A stretch of 64,000 bases of DNA from an uncultured Gemmatimonadales bacterium. Lineage in GTDB: Bacteria; Gemmatimonadota; Gemmatimonadetes; Longimicrobiales; RSA9. Where the stretch lies: the NCBI GenBank assembly GCA_963741945.1, contig CAVUKA010000006.1, positions 252,486 through 316,485 on the forward strand. Direction: 5' to 3'. This document shows positions 59,481 to 64,000 of the stretch, in pieces. The notes below the pieces were generated by a model. The model searched no databases and was not told where the DNA came from. It worked only from the letters and a program-made list of their open reading frames with translations. Made by a program: the position numbers and the translations under genes. Each line of letters opens with the position of its first letter. Within the stretch, counting starts at the first letter, position 1.

Positions 59481-59668
59481 CTGATCCTCCCGGGGCAAAC
59501 CGGTCCCCGCTTGGCCTGCTCGTTTTCTCGGTCTGCCGGCCTAGAAGCGGTCAGGCAGGTCTCTTGGCAATCTAGCCACTTCACACTCCTCTTCACAACC
59601 GCTCGCCAGAGGCTTATGTTGGTGCATGGCGATTCAGCTTTGCCGACCACCACGACGCGCGGGTACAC

Positions 59669-60468
59669 GTGAGCAACAGCAACTCACCCCTTGAGGGACC
59701 CCCTCCTGCAGAGGTGCCCTTGGCAAACGCCCCGCTTGTACGGGTAATTGCACAAATCCGGTTCCCCCTTGTCGCCTCGATCGAAAAGCGTGACTTCATC
59801 GGGTCCTTTCAGGAGGCCATCCGGAGGACGTATCCGGTCTTGCGACCCGAGCAGACGAGATCGGTGGTCTTCGGCCCAGAAGGGATGGTTGAGGCGAGAA
59901 CTGGCAACATTTGGCGCTTCAGCTCGAAGGATGGGAGTTGGCGCGTTGCGCTTGCCCCGGACTTCCTTGCGCTGGAGACTGGGAGATACACGAGCCGGGC
60001 TGACTTCGTCGATCGCTTCCGTACCGTACTACGGGCCTTGGCTGATCACGTCGAACCGCAAGTTACGGATCGGCTCGGCGTCCGCTATATCGATCAGGTG
60101 TCTGGAGACCACTTCTCTGATCTTCCCACACTCGTCAGGCGCGAAGTCGCCGGCATCTGGAGTACCCCCCTCGCCGGTCACGCCAGCCAGAGCATTGCCG
60201 AGAGCCTTTTCACGCTTCCGGATGGGTCGGGGAACTTGAAGGCACGGTGGGGGTGGTCCCGCGGAGGCCACAGTGGATCCAGCTGCCATTGACCCGCTTG
60301 ATACCCCTAGCTGGATCCTGGACCTCGACGCGTTTGCGGCTCGTTCTCAGACCTTCGATGTTGATGAGGTGGTCAGGCAGACAACAGCGTTTTGCTGAGA
60401 GGATTTACAGCTTCTTCCGGTGGACAGTCACGACGGAATTCCTTCGGCGCTACGGAGGTGACGTATGA
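59669..60468 (+). CDS. TIGR04255-family protein (frameshifted about 60250-60390)
   Basis: LANAPLVRVIAQIRFP, WRFSS..G.W.V.L..DFLALET..Y, RLGVRYID, then WILDLD and IYSFFRW in other frames. Confidence 0.8.
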
Positions 60469-61166
60469 CGGCCCAACCGCAAGTCACAAATCAGGGGACC
60501 ACGTTCACGGATTCCTCTCCGTTGGAGGGAATTCGGCAGAAGACGCCGCGCTGGCTGATCATCAGTGGATCTCTCGCGATCGCCGGCACATCTTCGGCAG
60601 GTCCGCATCGGGCTTGGAGCGACCTCTACGTACCTCAGTTGGACGCCACGGCCGCCTCGGACAGACTGCTTGTCCGCCAGTGTGCGCCGGCGCAAGCTGA
60701 GACACCGGAGGCAGCGATCGCCACGCTTCGCCGCCTCTCAGGGCTGACATGGGATCAACTCGGCGAGCTATTCGAAGTCTCCCGTCGGAGCGTGCATTTT
60801 TGGGCTAGCGGAAAACCATTGAATGCTGCCAATGAAGCTCGTCTAATGCGCGCTCTGGCAGTCATTCAGTATGCAGACCGCGGGGATCCAGAACTCACTC
60901 GACGAGCGCTCTTCGAGCCTGTAGGAGGGTTGGTGCCCTTCGACTTGTTGGCGAGGCAGGGCTTCGAGGAGGCGCGGGACCTTCTTGGCGAGGGGGCACG
61001 ATCCTCAGCCGTCGCAATGACCGACCTGAGCCCGGTAGCCAAGCGGGCGAGACAACCCCTGCGCCCAGAAGAGTTGGCGGATGCGCGCCACGACCAGGCG
61101 CACCGAGATCTGGAGGGCAGCCGACCAGCGCGTACGATCCGGAATGCCCGACGAACGCGCGGTTGA
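60465..61166 (+). CDS. XRE-type HTH protein with extended N- and C-termini
   Basis: LRRLSGLTWDQLGELFEVSRRSVHFWASG; ATGA overlap with the upstream gene. Confidence 0.82.
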   Translation: MTAQPQVTNQGTTFTDSSPLEGIRQKTPRWLIISGSLAIAGTSSAGPHRAWSDLYVPQLDATAASDRLLVRQCAPAQAETPEAAIATLRRLSGLTWDQLGELFEVSRRSVHFWASGKPLNAANEARLMRALAVIQYADRGDPELTRRALFEPVGGLVPFDLLARQGFEEARDLLGEGARSSAVAMTDLSPVAKRARQPLRPEELADARHDQAHRDLEGSRPARTIRNARRTRG

Positions 61167-61932
61167 GATCGATGCGCAAGGTATCAACGACGCCTTAGCC
61201 GTATGGCGCCAGGGCGATTATGTGCTGGGCGACCACTGGTTTCTGTACCGCTTGGCCGTCAGGGCTCCCCTAACCGAGGCTGCCTCTGTGGCGGCAGCCG
61301 AGGGAGTCGACGCAGCAGAGGCGCGAGTGGCCGGGTTGATGGTCGCCACTCAGACCTGTGACATTGTCAGGGCTTGCTCGGAGAGGCCATTCGTGGAGGT
61401 CACTCCACTCGTGCAGGTCGACGCGGACACCTTGGAGGAAGTCCGCAAAGGGCGCCAACCTCGTTACGCATACATCCCCGGCGCTTCCGACGATTACCTG
61501 GTCGCTGATTTGGACCGTGTGATGACGGTAGAGAAGGGGGTAGTGGCCGAGTGGGACCGTAACGCAGGTTGCGAGGACGACGACGAACGTCGCCGGCTGG
61601 GCCTGAATCTGGCCCGTAAGAGAGTTCGAGCAGCCTTCCCGAACGACTTCGTCGCTTTCGCCTCCGGACTTCGTAACAGAATCCTGAAGAAGCATGGCAA
61701 GGACAGCGACGAGGGACGGGCGCTACGAGCGTTACGGGAGATCAGAGTCCGTGCTGCCCCGGCACGGGATGCCGACGCGGTCGATCTGACCTTCTTCTTC
61801 ATTCGAGAGGACGACCAGCCGGAATTCGAGCGGAGCGGGTGGGACGTGTACCTCGAGAAATGGCTCGCCCGTCTACCGGCCAGCGGCCGCTTCAAGTCCG
61901 TCGACGCCCTGGTCCAGCCGCTCAAGGACTGA
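61144..61932 (+). CDS. Hypothetical protein with PemK/MazF-like motif pattern
   Basis: WRQGD, VATQTCDI, PFVEVTP, VADLD, RAAFP; tail LTARDYVESDPLDLDHLS follows a probable 1-nt deletion near 61929. Confidence 0.65.
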   Translation: MPDERAVEIDAQGINDALAVWRQGDYVLGDHWFLYRLAVRAPLTEAASVAAAEGVDAAEARVAGLMVATQTCDIVRACSERPFVEVTPLVQVDADTLEEVRKGRQPRYAYIPGASDDYLVADLDRVMTVEKGVVAEWDRNAGCEDDDERRRLGLNLARKRVRAAFPNDFVAFASGLRNRILKKHGKDSDEGRALRALREIRVRAAPARDADAVDLTFFFIREDDQPEFERSGWDVYLEKWLARLPASGRFKSVDALVQPLKD

Positions 61933-62326
61933 CCGCCCGGGACTATGTCGAGAGCGATCCACTCGACCTGGACCATCTCTCCGAACCGGCCGAAGAGTGC
62001 TCTGCCGAGTCCTTCAACTCCTCATCCTGTCGTCACGCCGCATTTTCGTTCCCGAACCGAAGCGGGATATGCGGATCAGCTTCCCACTTCGGGTCTTCCG
62101 TCGTTGAAGACCCACCTTCAATTCTTGAAGCCGCACCCAGCCACCTGAGCGCACAATCCAGTGGCAAGCGGAGTAGCCGCACTAGCAGCGACCAACGGCT
62201 CTCAGAGCTTCGCGGTGCTCCCGCCACATGCTCACCGCCCCCGTTCAAGGCAACGATTAGCTGGGTATTCAGTCCATGAGCTGCAGGACCTGCTCGGTCC
62301 GGTCCTCCCGGGCCTCAAGAGCGATC

Positions 62327-63133
62327 CTATGCGCTTCCTCGAGGCGAGACCGGGCTTGGGAGATGGCGGATCCTCGAACCCCTCCACGCGGCGGCCTCCG
62401 TCAGGAGCGGCCCCAAGGTTCCAATGAACTCCACCCGCTCGTCCCGCGACCAGCTTGCCACGTCGGTGGTCCGGAATGTGGCGCGCACGACGCCCTTCCG
62501 CCCCTCCCTCCATTCGAATGCCGGCGCGTGTTGCTCCTTCGTCGACGAGGCCCTGACGGCGGCAAGGATTCGGGCCGGCAGCGGGTCCTCCGGACCAGAA
62601 GCAATCGCCGAGAGCTTCACGATTCCCAAGCCGGCAAGATCCTCGGGCGCGAGACCTGCCTCAGCAATGCGCTCCGGCGTGATAGCGTTGCCCGTCCGCA
62701 CGTACATGCTGGCCTTGCCCTCGCTGAACTCCTCCCGCTCCGCGAGCGCCGCCTGAGTCATTCCGGCGGCGCACATGGACGCATAGTACCAGCAGTCCTC
62801 AAGCGCTGTCCGAGATTCGGTGGTCTTATCAGCGTCGAACGCCAGTTGCAGCACGCCGGCGTCGTCGAGATCGTCGCGCACCACGGCGGGCACCGTTTCC
62901 CAACCGAGACGACCCGCTGCCAGCTGCCGCCGGTACCCAAGGACGGTGAGGTACTTGGGACCGTCGGCTACGGGCTCTGGCGCGGGCCGCACGACGAGGG
63001 CCTCAGCCATTCCGTTCCCAGCCACGGACCGGCACAGGGACTGGAGCCGCCTTTCGTCCATGATGCGGGGCGGCAGGATTGGATCCCGAGTCAGATCCTC
63101 CAGAGGTATCTCGATCACGTTGTGCGTGCTCAT
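62327..63133 (-). CDS. ParB/RepB/Spo0J-family protein
   Basis: LCRSVAGNGMAEALVVRP, GYRRQLAA..LGWETVPAVVR, HTH MTQAALAE; C-terminus may be frameshifted. Confidence 0.8.
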   Translation of the reverse strand: MSTHNVIEIPLEDLTRDPILPPRIMDERRLQSLCRSVAGNGMAEALVVRPAPEPVADGPKYLTVLGYRRQLAAGRLGWETVPAVVRDDLDDAGVLQLAFDADKTTESRTALEDCWYYASMCAAGMTQAALAEREEFSEGKASMYVRTGNAITPERIAEAGLAPEDLAGLGIVKLSAIASGPEDPLPARILAAVRASSTKEQHAPAFEWREGRKGVVRATFRTTDVASWSRDERVEFIGTLGPLLTEAAAWRGSRIRHLPSPVSPRGSA

Positions 63134-63214
63134 CTCGCGCTCCAGGTACGGCCGTCGCCTCGTTCTTCTGAGATACGCTCAAGGCGCATTTCGCGTTTGA
63201 CTCCCGCGCAGGCC

Positions 63215-64000
63215 CTACTCCCGCCACACGCCCTTCGGCGGGGCCGGGAGCGAGAGGTGGTCTCGGGCCAGCACCCACACCATACCCGGTTTCGCGCCTT
63301 CCTCGAGCAGGCGGATGAGCGCGCCCTCGACCGCGGCCGAGATCCAGCTCATGCCTGCGGCCACACCACCATACTCACCGGCCTCGACGACCCCGGATAC
63401 GTACCTGATCACCTGCTCCTCGACCCGCAAATGGAAGCCATACCGGAGGAACTGTCCCCTGAGATCGTCCGAATGTGCCCGCAGGCTGTGTTCGACCTCG
63501 ACGCGTGAAGGCGCGTCCAGACCAATGAACACCCCGCTCGCCAGCGCGTCAGCGAGTTCGGTAGCATTCCCCATGATCGGAGATCGGCGCTGGACGGCCG
63601 TCCGGGCCGCAGGTCGGGGAGCTCGGCCGTGGTGGCGATCAGCGCCCGACCTCCTCGCCGATGAAGCCTGCGCCGCGGTCAGGGGCCACAGGGATCGGGC
63701 ACCCGTGAGCAGCTGCGCCAGCGCCTCCTGCTTGCCGGCCCGATCCTCACGTGTAGGCGCGCTGGCGTAGGAGGTGCCGAGGCGGGCTCGATCAATATCG
63801 GAGACGAGAATGCACGCGCGCTCGGACAGCCCCGGCACTAGGGAGTGCGTGTCGCGCAGGGGGAGCCCGGCACGAAGCCGCTGGAGGAAGAACGGTAGGT
63901 CGGATCCTGACCAGTTGGTTCATGCTAACGCGCTACTCTGCACCTCCAGGAACGGCACGTCGAGGATCTGGGCGAGGACACGGACCATGGCGGCTCCCTG
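63215..64000 (-). pseudogene. ClpX/HslU-like AAA+ protein, degenerate, 5' end outside window
   Basis: VLAQILDVPF, SALA*TNWSG (TGA at 63922-63920), ILVSDID, KQEALAQLLTG, DLRSWGMLP|ELADAL and F..YGFHLRV parallel ClpX motifs in order. Confidence 0.62.

Larger units (their letters stand above)
54640..64000. mobile_element. Genomic island (right end outside window)
   Basis: Abrupt rise in A/T-ending codons, defence-like cargo, ParB and ClpX-like genes, att-like left border. Confidence 0.7.

Noticed and set aside
63920-63922. In-frame TGA in the ClpX-like gene as a second selenocysteine
   Set aside because: Aligns to Glu rather than Cys in ClpX, no clear SECIS hairpin follows, and the gene has other lesions
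1-64000. CRISPR arrays, tRNA/rRNA genes, transposases, integrases
   Set aside because: None recognised by eye or in the ORF track; a covariance-model scan was not run

Overview
High-GC bacterial DNA; the gene mix (PadR-ADOP pair, TolB/TPR protein, BTAD protein, TamA/TamB) suggests Gemmatimonadota-like lineages, which is inference only. Positions 1-45 kb hold mostly ordinary genes: a selenocysteine peroxiredoxin with a clear SECIS hairpin, Zn-ADH, an APC permease, Csp, POT/PepT, GNAT-HDAC, TamAB, a Crp/Fnr-FmdE-TauE-porin module and Acr3. Several genes there are decayed by internal deletions. The most unusual structure is a pair of non-identical queG 3' halves (45127-45525 and 54205-54639). 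Both start at the same base inside the 4Fe-4S motif, and each is fused to a conserved 54-bp non-queG arm that resembles a recombination site and appears to encode a peptide on the opposite strand. They bracket a 9114-bp integrase-free unit carrying only a giant cyclic beta-1,2-glucan synthase. To the right begins a more AT-rich island, open at the window edge. It encodes a nuclease-NTPase plus PD-(D/E)xK pair, a TIGR04255-HTH-PemK-like trio, ParB and a degenerate ClpX-like AAA protein, most carrying small indels. All family calls come from motif recognition by eye; no searches were run.
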